Shown one piece after another: positions 16,396 to 24,128 of a stretch of 24,128 nucleotides of DNA (the first letter of the stretch is position 1; each line of letters opens with the position of its first letter). The notes beneath the pieces are model-generated. The model was not told the DNA's origin. It was given only the letters and a program-made list of their open reading frames with translations, and made no database searches. Location: positions 1 through 24,128 of IMG/VR virus record IMGVR_UViG_3300048577_000580; one strand, given 5' to 3'. Both the position numbers and the translations under genes were made by a program. Source of the DNA: a virus (Duplodnaviria; Caudoviricetes).

Positions 16396-17165
16396 ACGCC
16401 GCCACACACCGCAAGGACCTGATGAAGGCCCTGCGCGCCAACGCGCACCGGCACGACCTGTGGTCGGTCTGGTCCGACTTCGTCGGCATGTCCGCCATCG
16501 CCCTGAGCAACACCGTCGACCTGCGCCAGCGCGACGAGCGCGAAGCGGAATACCTGCGCATCGTCGGCCGGTACCGGGCTGACGAAGTCGAGCGCTTCGC
16601 GCACGCGCTGGGCGCGCTGCAACTCTGCTTCCACACCGGCGGCCACGACGACGTGCTGGGCGGCGTGTTCATGGAACTGGAACTGGGCAACAAGTGGGCC
16701 GGACAGTTCTTCACGCCCTACCACCTGTGCCAGGCGATGGCCGCGATGACGCTGCAGGACGCGCGCCAGCGCATCGACCGCGACGGCTTCATCACCGTGC
16801 TCGACCCGGCCACCGGCGGCGGCGCCATGCTCATCGCCGCGGCCGAATACCTCGCGCAGCAGGAGATCGCCGTGCCGCTGCGCATGCACGCCACCGCGCA
16901 AGACATCGACGCCAAGGCCGCGCGCATGACCTACGTGCAGTTGTCGCTGCTGGGCGTGCCCGCCGTGGTCGTCACCGGCAACACCCTGACGCTGGAAGAG
17001 CGCGAGCGCTGGTACACGCCGGCGCACGTGATGTTCGGCTGGTCGCAGCGGCTGCAGCGGCGCCGTCAGCCCGATGAAGAGCACCCCATACCCATCACCA
17101 CCGAACCCACGGCCGCGCGCGAGCCCGTGCAGTTCGGTCTGTTCGAGGAGCAACGCGCAGCATGA
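16392..17165 (+). CDS. HsdM-like (N-6 DNA methylase family) SAM-binding protein lacking the NPP[FY] motif
   Basis: DVLGGVFMEL, GQFFTPY, VLDPATGGGAML, QDID and GNTL motifs present; no NPPF/Y after GNTL. Confidence 0.82.
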   Translation: MNAATHRKDLMKALRANAHRHDLWSVWSDFVGMSAIALSNTVDLRQRDEREAEYLRIVGRYRADEVERFAHALGALQLCFHTGGHDDVLGGVFMELELGNKWAGQFFTPYHLCQAMAAMTLQDARQRIDRDGFITVLDPATGGGAMLIAAAEYLAQQEIAVPLRMHATAQDIDAKAARMTYVQLSLLGVPAVVVTGNTLTLEERERWYTPAHVMFGWSQRLQRRRQPDEEHPIPITTEPTAAREPVQFGLFEEQRAA

Positions 17166-17674
17166 CCAGAACATCAACCCTCAAGGCGCAGACGCGCGAG
17201 TTGCAGAAGCGCCTGGACGAACACTACGACACCAAGCCGACCAACCCCAAGGACGCGATCGGCACCAACAAGCTGCCGCTTCACCTGTGGCCGACCACCG
17301 CCACTGCGTTGGGTTGCGTCGCCTTCGCGGAAGGGATGCTGAAGTACGGCCGCACGAACTGGCGCGAAGCCGGGGTGCGCGCATCGATCTACGTCGACGC
17401 GGCGAAGCGGCACCTCGACGCCTGGTTCGAGGGTGAAGAGGTGGCGCCTGACAGCGGCGTGCCGCACTTGGCCAACGCCCTCGCCTGCATCGCGATCATC
17501 GTCGACGCAAAGGCCGCCGGGAAGCTGCACGACGACCGTGCCTACAACGGGTCCGGCTATCGCGCGCTGGTCGAGCAGCTGACACCCATCGTCGCCCAGC
17601 TGCGCGAACAGCACGCCGGCAAGACGCCGCGGCACTACACCATCGCCGACGGCGCGCAGGACGGTGCGGCATGA
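17162..17674 (+). CDS. dATP/dGTP diphosphohydrolase domain protein (DUF5664-like)
   Basis: KLPLHLWP...EG.LKYGRTNWR...YVDAAKRHL.AW.EGE....DSGVPHLANA signature. Confidence 0.85.
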   Translation: MTRTSTLKAQTRELQKRLDEHYDTKPTNPKDAIGTNKLPLHLWPTTATALGCVAFAEGMLKYGRTNWREAGVRASIYVDAAKRHLDAWFEGEEVAPDSGVPHLANALACIAIIVDAKAAGKLHDDRAYNGSGYRALVEQLTPIVAQLREQHAGKTPRHYTIADGAQDGAA

Positions 17675-17916
17675 CGCAACTCACCGAACGCCAGATGCAC
17701 GACCTCGCCAGCCGGCTAACGCGGCTGAGGATGGCGGCCGCCGAACAGGAAAAGGCCAGCGTTGCCGCGCTCGAAGCAAACAGACGCTGGAACCACGCGC
17801 GCGGCCGCTACGCGCGCGAGTGGGCCGACATCGTCCGGGTCTATGGCGAGCAGAACGCACCCACCTGGATTGAATCGCTGCGCGGACCGAAGCCAAAGAT
17901 CGAAGGAACGGCATGA
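17671..17916 (+). CDS. Hypothetical protein
   Basis: 81 aa, ATGA overlaps. Confidence 0.65.
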   Translation: MTQLTERQMHDLASRLTRLRMAAAEQEKASVAALEANRRWNHARGRYAREWADIVRVYGEQNAPTWIESLRGPKPKIEGTA

Positions 17917-18263
17917 GCAACGCATTCACCGATTTTGTCAGCTGGTCCAGCACGCGGCCGCCTGAGCCGGTCATGGGAAGCACGGCCGCCCGGATGATCA
18001 GAGCCGGAACGGGCGTCACCCAGATGCTGCTGGATGTAATCGATGCGCAACAGCCGATTACCACGGTCAGCCTGTGTGAGCAGACGGGGCTGGAAAGCAA
18101 GGTCATTTGGGGCCTGCTGAAGAACCACCTGAAGTCCGGCCGGCTGCGGCATGACGGTACGCAAGGATGGACAGCCGGCATAAGCGCTAGTGAGCGCGCC
18201 GCCGCAGCGCTGCTCCGCCGCGCTGGATGGACCGTGCGCCCACCTGAAGGACGGCAAGAATGA
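17913..18263 (+). CDS. Hypothetical wHTH-like protein
   Basis: 116 aa, QPITTVSLCEQTGLESKVIWGLLK; ATGA overlaps. Confidence 0.68.
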   Translation: MSNAFTDFVSWSSTRPPEPVMGSTAARMIRAGTGVTQMLLDVIDAQQPITTVSLCEQTGLESKVIWGLLKNHLKSGRLRHDGTQGWTAGISASERAAAALLRRAGWTVRPPEGRQE

Positions 18264-19975
18264 ACCCCCAGCACCGCCTGCTGTTCGATGACGAACTGAT
18301 CGTGGATCTGTTCGCCGGTGGCGGCGGCCTGAGCACCGCCTGCGAACAGGCGCTCGGCCGCTCGCCCGACATCGCGATCAACCACAACGACGACGCGCTG
18401 AGCATGCACCGCGCGAACCATCCGCAGACCCGTCATTTCGTCGCGGACGTGTTCGAGGTGTGCCCCCGTGGCGCCACGCAGGGCCGCCCGGTCGGTTACC
18501 TGCACCTCTCGCCCGACTGCACGCACCACAGCCAGGCTGCCGGCGGACAGCCGCGTGACGAACGCATCCGCGCGCTCACATGGATCGGCCGGCGCTGGGC
18601 CGGTCAGGTGCGCCCTCGCATCATCACGCTGGAGAACGTGCGGCAGATTCTGAAGTGGGGGCCGTTGGTCGCGAAGCGCGACAAGGTCACCGGCCGCGTG
18701 CTGAAGCGCTGCGGCACCGTCGCGGAGCCCGGCGAGCACGTCGCGCGGCGCGACCAGTTTCTGGTGCCGGACCCGAAGCGCGAGGGCATCACATGGCGCG
18801 CCTTCGTGCGCAGCCTGCAGGCCATGGGCTACGTGGTCGAGTGGCGCATCCTGTGCGCGGCCGATTACGGCGCCGGCACCACGCGCGAGCGGCTGTTCAT
18901 GGTCGCCCGCTGCGACGGCAAGCCCATCGTCTGGCCCGAGCCGACGCACTTCAAGAAGCCGGCGCGCGGGCAGAAACGCTGGGTGTCGGCGGCAGAGTGC
19001 ATCGACTGGTCGATACCGTGCCCGAGCATCTTCGAGCGCGCCAAGCCGCTCGCGCCGGCCACGCTGCGGCGCATCGCCCGCGGCATACAGCGCTTCGTGC
19101 TGGACAGTGTCGATCCGTTCATCGTGAACATGGCGCACGGCGGGAAGCTGGAAAGCGTGACCGACCCGGTCAGCACCATCGCAACCGAGAAGGGCGGCTG
19201 CCGCGCAGTGGTGACGCCCTCGCTGGTCCAGGTCGCCCACGGCGAGGGCAAGCCGGGCGGCGTGCAGCGCTGGGGCAGCGGCGTGCGTGACGCGCTTGAC
19301 CCGCTGGGCACCGCTACCGCATCCGGCGGGGGCGGGTATGCCCTCATGGCTGCCAGCCTGGTGCAGACCGGCTACGGCGAACGCGAGGGCCAGGCGCCGC
19401 GCAGCCTCGACATCACCGAACCGCTGGGCACCATCGTCGGCACCGGCAAGCACGCTGCCGCCTGCGCCTACCTGATGCAGGCCAACGGCGGATTCAACGA
19501 AACGCCCGGGCACGACCCGCGCCGGCCGGTCAGCACGATCACCAACAGCGGCAGCCAGCAGCAGGCGGTCGCCGCCCACCTCGCCCAGCTGAGCCCCGAG
19601 CACGAAGCCGGCGCGCTGCGTGTGGCCGCGTTCCTGATGCAGTACTACAGCGAAGGCGGACAGTGGGGCGGCATGCGCGACCCCATGAACACCGTCACCA
19701 CGCGCGACCGCCTCGCGCTGGTCACCGTGGTGCTGAAGGGCACGCCCTACCTGATCGTCGATATCGGCCTGCGCATGCTCACGCCGCGCGAGCTTTACCG
19801 CGCCCAGGGCTTCCCGCCCGACTACCAGATCGAGGTCGGCCACGACGGCCGCCGATTCCCCAAATCCGCGCAGGTCCGCATGGTCGGCAACAGCGTCAGC
19901 CCGCACCCGGCTGCCGCCCTCATCGCCGCCAACTGCGGCGACCTGCGCATCGAACCGTTGAGGAGAACAGCATGA
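18260..19975 (+). CDS. dcm: Phage DNA (cytosine-5) methyltransferase
   Basis: VDLFAGGGG (motif I), SPDC (IV), LENV (VI), RERLF (VIII), RML.PREL.RAQGFP and GNSV (IX-X). Confidence 0.95.
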   Translation: MNPQHRLLFDDELIVDLFAGGGGLSTACEQALGRSPDIAINHNDDALSMHRANHPQTRHFVADVFEVCPRGATQGRPVGYLHLSPDCTHHSQAAGGQPRDERIRALTWIGRRWAGQVRPRIITLENVRQILKWGPLVAKRDKVTGRVLKRCGTVAEPGEHVARRDQFLVPDPKREGITWRAFVRSLQAMGYVVEWRILCAADYGAGTTRERLFMVARCDGKPIVWPEPTHFKKPARGQKRWVSAAECIDWSIPCPSIFERAKPLAPATLRRIARGIQRFVLDSVDPFIVNMAHGGKLESVTDPVSTIATEKGGCRAVVTPSLVQVAHGEGKPGGVQRWGSGVRDALDPLGTATASGGGGYALMAASLVQTGYGEREGQAPRSLDITEPLGTIVGTGKHAAACAYLMQANGGFNETPGHDPRRPVSTITNSGSQQQAVAAHLAQLSPEHEAGALRVAAFLMQYYSEGGQWGGMRDPMNTVTTRDRLALVTVVLKGTPYLIVDIGLRMLTPRELYRAQGFPPDYQIEVGHDGRRFPKSAQVRMVGNSVSPHPAAALIAANCGDLRIEPLRRTA

Positions 19976-20637
19976 CCACCGGACGCAACCCGATCCTTAT
20001 CGGCCAGGCCGAAGAATTCGACCTGGTGCTGCCGCAGGTGCGCGCGATGATTGAGAACGAAGGCGTCTACATCTGTGGCGACACAGCGCATCCGGCCTTC
20101 ACTGTGCCGCTGGTTTCCTATGACGGCAAGATCCTCAGTCTGGTGGCTGAGGCCGAACTCGACCCGGAGAGGTTCATCCCGTCCTTCACGGCGCACGGCC
20201 CGTACCTCGCGAGCACGCACCCCGACGACTTCGCGGTGGACCGCTTCGCCGCCGCGCTGAAAGCGAAGCTGGCGAAGAAGCGCGCCGGGGGCATGAGCGG
20301 CTGGGATGACAAGACCGCGTGCTCGGAAGAGCGCCTGCAGACGATGCTGGTCGAGCACTTGACCAAGGGCGATCCAGTCGACGTCGGCAACTTCGCGATG
20401 ATGCTGTTCAACCGCGGAGAGTCGTGCGCCGCGCCTGCCCCGAATGCCGCTGCGATCACGCGTGCAGCGAACTGGCTTCGCACCAGAGCGGAGAAGCACG
20501 CGGAGGAGAACGGCTGCCACGAACCCGACACCGGGGCCTTCGTGTTCGCAGGCCGCGCGGCGGAGGAGTGGAACAACAGCGTGCTGGAACTGGCAGACGA
20601 GATGGAAGCCGACCTGCGCGGGGTGGTGAAGTCGTGA
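19972..20637 (+). CDS. Ead/Ea22-like multi-module early protein
   Basis: Start MTTGRN at 19972. HPDD.AVDRFAAALKAKLAKKR..G..GW...KGDPVDVGNFAMML module. Confidence 0.65.
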   Translation: MTTGRNPILIGQAEEFDLVLPQVRAMIENEGVYICGDTAHPAFTVPLVSYDGKILSLVAEAELDPERFIPSFTAHGPYLASTHPDDFAVDRFAAALKAKLAKKRAGGMSGWDDKTACSEERLQTMLVEHLTKGDPVDVGNFAMMLFNRGESCAAPAPNAAAITRAANWLRTRAEKHAEENGCHEPDTGAFVFAGRAAEEWNNSVLELADEMEADLRGVVKS

Positions 20638-20858
20638 AACGAACGCGACTCTTCTCCGCGGCCATCATCGGCGCGCTCGCATCAGGTCATGCGCTGGTAT
20701 ATGGGCCTGCGGAGCGGACCACGGCGCCAAAACCCAGGGGCCTATCCGTGAATGACTGGGCAGCACTGGCAAAGGCCCAGCGCAAGCGAGAGCGGAAGGC
20801 CGCGAAGCGTGCCGCCGAACTACACCGGGAGAAGACCCGCGAGGTGCGCAATGGCTGA
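20634..20858 (+). CDS. Hypothetical basic protein
   Basis: GTG at 20634 (GTGA overlap), AKAQRKRERKAAKR tail. Confidence 0.6.
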   Translation: MKRTRLFSAAIIGALASGHALVYGPAERTTAPKPRGLSVNDWAALAKAQRKRERKAAKRAAELHREKTREVRNG

Positions 20859-21858
20859 GCGCTCGAACATCGAGTGGTGCGACGCCACGTTCAATCCGTG
20901 GATCGGCTGCACGAAGATCAGCCCCGCATGCGACCACTGCTACGCAGAGCGCGATTTCGATCTGCGCCGCCACGTCGTGCAGTGGGGCGCCGGCCAGGCG
21001 CGGAAGCGGACGGCGTTCAGCACATGGGCTGCGCCGAGGCACTGGAACGCTAGGGCACACTGCGCGGGCGTTCGGCCTCGGGTGTTCTGCGCGTCGCTGG
21101 CCGACGTGTTCGACAACGAGGTGCCGGTGCAGTGGCGCCGCGACCTGTTCGACCTGATCGCCGCCACGCCGAACCTTGACTGGCTGCTGCTGACGAAGCG
21201 CATCGGGAACGCAAAGACCATGATGGCCGATGCGCTCCACCTGAATCCTGCTGCACAAGCAGAAGGCCGGATATGGCCCCTTCCGAACGTCTGGCTGGGC
21301 GCCACGATCTGCAATCAGGACGAGGCCGACCGCGACATCCCGAAGCTGCTGGACGTGCCGGCCGCGGTGCGGTTCGTGTCCATCGAGCCGATGCTGGGGC
21401 CGATTGACCTGACGGACATCGTTGTCCGCCATGGCGGCGGAACTGAGGACCATTTCTCCGCCCTGTATGACGCTGATGACGACGAGGCCGATACCGCTAG
21501 CTACATTGACTGGGTCATCGTCGGCGGCGAGAGCGGCCCGCATGCGCGGCCGATGCATCCGCACTGGGCTCGCGATCTGCGCGACCAGTGCGCAGCAGCC
21601 GGCGTGCCGTTCATGTTCAAGCAATGGGGCGAGTTCGGTCCGACACCGGACGATTGGCGGCTCAGCATCGGCGGCGTCGCGTTCCCAGACGGCAGCGTCT
21701 TCGCCGGCATGCCGTCGCGGCAGATTCACCGCAACTTCGACGACTACGCCACATCGAGCGACACCACGACAGAACAGATGGGGCGCGTCGGCAAGAAGGC
21801 CGCCGGCCGCCTGCTCGACGGCCGGACACACGACGGGTTTCCGGAGACGCGATCTTGA
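20851..21858 (+). CDS. Phage Gp37/Gp68 family protein (DUF5131)
   Basis: IEWCDATFNPWIGCTKISPACDHCYAE, VFCASLADVF, LLLTKR, FVSIEPMLG, WVIVGGESG, FKQWG. Confidence 0.93.
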   Translation: MAERSNIEWCDATFNPWIGCTKISPACDHCYAERDFDLRRHVVQWGAGQARKRTAFSTWAAPRHWNARAHCAGVRPRVFCASLADVFDNEVPVQWRRDLFDLIAATPNLDWLLLTKRIGNAKTMMADALHLNPAAQAEGRIWPLPNVWLGATICNQDEADRDIPKLLDVPAAVRFVSIEPMLGPIDLTDIVVRHGGGTEDHFSALYDADDDEADTASYIDWVIVGGESGPHARPMHPHWARDLRDQCAAAGVPFMFKQWGEFGPTPDDWRLSIGGVAFPDGSVFAGMPSRQIHRNFDDYATSSDTTTEQMGRVGKKAAGRLLDGRTHDGFPETRS

Positions 21859-22289
21859 GCGAATCCATCATCAAACCGAAACGCCCAACGGGCGAAGGCT
21901 GGCGTCGCGTGAAGCAAGTGCAAGCCGTCGCACAACTGGCAGCGATGGGCTTTCCGGCCGAAGCCTGGGTGCACCTCAATGGCCTTTTCGTAATTTCGGC
22001 CGTTGAGGTAACCGAGGTCGAACCAGGCAGCGAGGAACTGGGGCCGGAATATCACATCAGCTTGAGCAAGATGGGGCAGCGCTGCACATCCGCCGAAGCA
22101 TCGTGGGTACTGGCCCAGTTCGATCTGCTCGATGCCACCGAGGATAACCATGTGCCGAGCGGGCGCGTGCGCAACTTCTGGCGCCCTGTCGCTGACCGGC
22201 TGAGCGGCTACACCTGCCCGTGCCAGGACAACGAGCCGACCATCCGGGAGGACAAGGGCGATTACGTGTGGCGAGGTGTGACGCGATGA
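21855..22289 (+). CDS. Hypothetical phage protein
   Basis: TTG at 21855 (TTGA overlap). EYHISLS...EDNHVP.G.VRNFWRP...CPC motifs. Confidence 0.7.
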   Translation: MSESIIKPKRPTGEGWRRVKQVQAVAQLAAMGFPAEAWVHLNGLFVISAVEVTEVEPGSEELGPEYHISLSKMGQRCTSAEASWVLAQFDLLDATEDNHVPSGRVRNFWRPVADRLSGYTCPCQDNEPTIREDKGDYVWRGVTR

Positions 22290-22621
22290 CCCAGGCCGAC
22301 CGGCTGCGCCGCTACAACCGCTGGCGTCGCGGAGACAAGCGGCTCAAGCAGCCAGACCCGACCGCGCTGGGCGAACTGATCGATGCCGCCGCCAATCGGC
22401 TGGAAGTGCTGGAGCGCGAGCATCGTGATTACTTCGATCAGTGGCATGCGGAGCGCAGGAGGCGCGAGAAGCTGCTGAGCGACATCGAGCGCTGCTATCG
22501 GATGCTGCTGTCAGAGCCGGACACGAAAGGCGCCCTGTCCAAGGCGGAAAACATTCTGCGTGAGGCCATCGCGAAAGCGACGATCACGACCACCAAAGCG
22601 CGCAGCGGGGAGAAGGTCTGA
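22286..22621 (+). CDS. Hypothetical protein
   Basis: Start MTQADRLRRYNRWRRGD, ATGA overlap. Confidence 0.68.
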   Translation: MTQADRLRRYNRWRRGDKRLKQPDPTALGELIDAAANRLEVLEREHRDYFDQWHAERRRREKLLSDIERCYRMLLSEPDTKGALSKAENILREAIAKATITTTKARSGEKV

Positions 22622-23073
22622 TGACCGCCCTACCCGCCCTCGACGACAGCCCGCCGGCGCAACCACCGCGGGCGAAGGCCGAACCCTGGCCCCGCCTGAT
22701 CCGCATCAGCCGCGCGCACACCTACCTGGGCATGTGCCGTCGCGTGTTCAATGCGACGGTGCGGCCGCACGTGCGCGTGGTGCGGATCGGCAAGCAGGGC
22801 AAGGCGGTCGACCGGCACGAACTGGATGCCTTCGCCGACGCCTACGTGGCCCGGCACGTGATTGACAAGGCGCCTCCCCCGGGCAATCCTGAGCCCGCGA
22901 GCGAGCGCCGCCATGCAACAGCAGGAGCAAAAAAACCATGGCGAGAACGGGAAAACGGATGTCGGGCCTCACGCAAAGGGACGGCATCTGGCACATCAAC
23001 AAGGTCTTCAAAGGAGAACGGATTTACCAGAGCACTGGAACTGGTTCGCTCGAAGAAGCCGAGCAGATCCTGA
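22621..23073 (+). CDS. Excisionase-like protein overlapping int
   Basis: PRLIR...A..YLGM.R..FN..VRP...IG......DR.ELD HTH pattern immediately upstream of the integrase. Confidence 0.7.
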   Translation: MTALPALDDSPPAQPPRAKAEPWPRLIRISRAHTYLGMCRRVFNATVRPHVRVVRIGKQGKAVDRHELDAFADAYVARHVIDKAPPPGNPEPASERRHATAGAKKPWRERENGCRASRKGTASGTSTRSSKENGFTRALELVRSKKPSRS

Positions 23074-24128
23074 TTCACCTGCTGGACCAGCGCCGGCAGC
23101 AGCAGCTTTTCGGCGTCCGGCAGGTGAAGACCTGGCGCGACGCCGCGACGCGGTATCTGCTGGAGAATCAGGACATGCCGTCAATCGGGCTCACCGCCAC
23201 GTACCTGGAGCAGCTGGACCCCTTCATCGGCGAACTGCCGGTGACGCACATCGACGACGACGCACTGGAGCCGTTTCGACAGTGGATGCGCGAGGGCGGC
23301 AAGATGGCCAGCGGCAAGACGAAGAAGCCATCGTCACCGCGCACCATCAACATCGCCCTGCAGCGCGTCGTGCGCATCCTGCATCTGTGCGCACGCACCT
23401 GGCGCGACACCAACAAGCGCCCGTGGATCGATGTCGTGCCGGCGATCACGATGGAAACCGAACGCGGCCGATCGCGCGAGCCGTACCCGATGGACTGGGA
23501 CGAACAGCGCCTGCTGTTCGCCGAGCTGCCGGACTACCTCGAACGGATGGCGCTGTTCAACGTCAATTCGGGGGCGCGCGAGCAGGAGGTATGCAAGCTG
23601 CGCTGGGACTGGGAAGTGAAGGTGCCCGAGCTGCAGACCAGCGTGTTCATCGTGCCGCCGGAGTTCGGCGGCCGAACGGAGCAGTCCGGCGTCAAGAACC
23701 GGGAATATCGGGTGCTGGTGCTGAACGACGTGGCACGCGGCGTGATCGAGGGGCAGCGCGGACTGGACGACGAATGGGTGTTCCCATACGGCGACGAGGG
23801 CGGGCCGATGCACCGCATGAACGCCACCGCCTGGCGAAGCGCCCGCAACAGGGCCGCCGAAGCCTGGCAAGCCGAGTTCGGCAAACCCGCGCGGCAGGGC
23901 TTCAAGAAGCTGCGCGTGCATGACCTGAAGCACACCTTCGGCCGCAGGCTGCGTGCAGCGGGCGTGCCGAAGGAAGATCGTCAGGCGCTGCTGGGCCACA
24001 AGTCCGACAGCGTGACCACGCACTACTCGGCCGCCGAACTCGACGGCCTGATAGCGCAGGCGAATAAGGTATCGACCGCGAACCGGACGACGCCGACGCT
24101 GACGATCCTGCGAACTGCCGCGGCGTGA
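22938..24128 (+). CDS. int: Tyrosine recombinase / phage integrase
   Basis: SGAREQE (R), VKN (K), HDLKH, LLGH, THYS (Y). AGGAG RBS. Confidence 0.95.
   Translation: MARTGKRMSGLTQRDGIWHINKVFKGERIYQSTGTGSLEEAEQILIHLLDQRRQQQLFGVRQVKTWRDAATRYLLENQDMPSIGLTATYLEQLDPFIGELPVTHIDDDALEPFRQWMREGGKMASGKTKKPSSPRTINIALQRVVRILHLCARTWRDTNKRPWIDVVPAITMETERGRSREPYPMDWDEQRLLFAELPDYLERMALFNVNSGAREQEVCKLRWDWEVKVPELQTSVFIVPPEFGGRTEQSGVKNREYRVLVLNDVARGVIEGQRGLDDEWVFPYGDEGGPMHRMNATAWRSARNRAAEAWQAEFGKPARQGFKKLRVHDLKHTFGRRLRAAGVPKEDRQALLGHKSDSVTTHYSAAELDGLIAQANKVSTANRTTPTLTILRTAAA

Larger units (their letters stand above)
1..24128. mobile_element. Temperate lambdoid prophage (partial: integration, early, immunity, replication, packaging)
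   Basis: int/xis, cI/cro, primase-helicase, terS/terL. No host housekeeping genes seen. Confidence 0.95.

Noticed and set aside
17162-17674. Z-genome (2-aminoadenine) system
   Set aside because: No purZ, datZ or dedicated polymerase in the window.
17681-19906. 741-aa minus-strand ORF and similar long antisense ORFs (460..2028, 1746..2984, 2929..4152, 5649..6917, 13508..14794, 20665..21831)
   Set aside because: Shadow frames of well-supported genes in high-GC DNA, with no recognisable motifs.
24100-24128. att site or target tRNA
   Set aside because: The window ends at the integrase stop, so any att core lies outside it.

Overview
GC-rich (roughly two-thirds GC by eye) half of a temperate lambdoid prophage, probably from a proteobacterial host. 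It runs from the start of the large terminase (left edge) to the integrase stop codon (right edge). A cro/cI switch at ~8.7-9.5 kb has visible 15-bp operators. Leftward (- strand) operon: cro, CII-like regulator, conserved hypothetical gene, a cosQ/cosN-like site, Toprim primase-SF3 helicase, an iteron origin, terS, then a cargo cassette, then terL. The cassette encodes a ParB-like protein, an N4/N6 DNA methyltransferase, an SPL-family radical SAM enzyme, a hidden 37-aa basic peptide absent from the ORF track, and a small hypothetical protein. Rightward (+ strand) early operon: about 25 genes including an Acb2-like anti-CBASS sponge, YfdP/YfdQ(DUF2303)-like genes, an HsdM-like protein lacking its catalytic motif, a dATP/dGTP diphosphohydrolase, a C5 methyltransferase, Gp37/Gp68 (DUF5131), xis and int. 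The best candidate for an undescribed system is the packaging-linked ParB + MTase + radical SAM + overlapping peptide cassette. All family calls come from motif recognition, not database searches.
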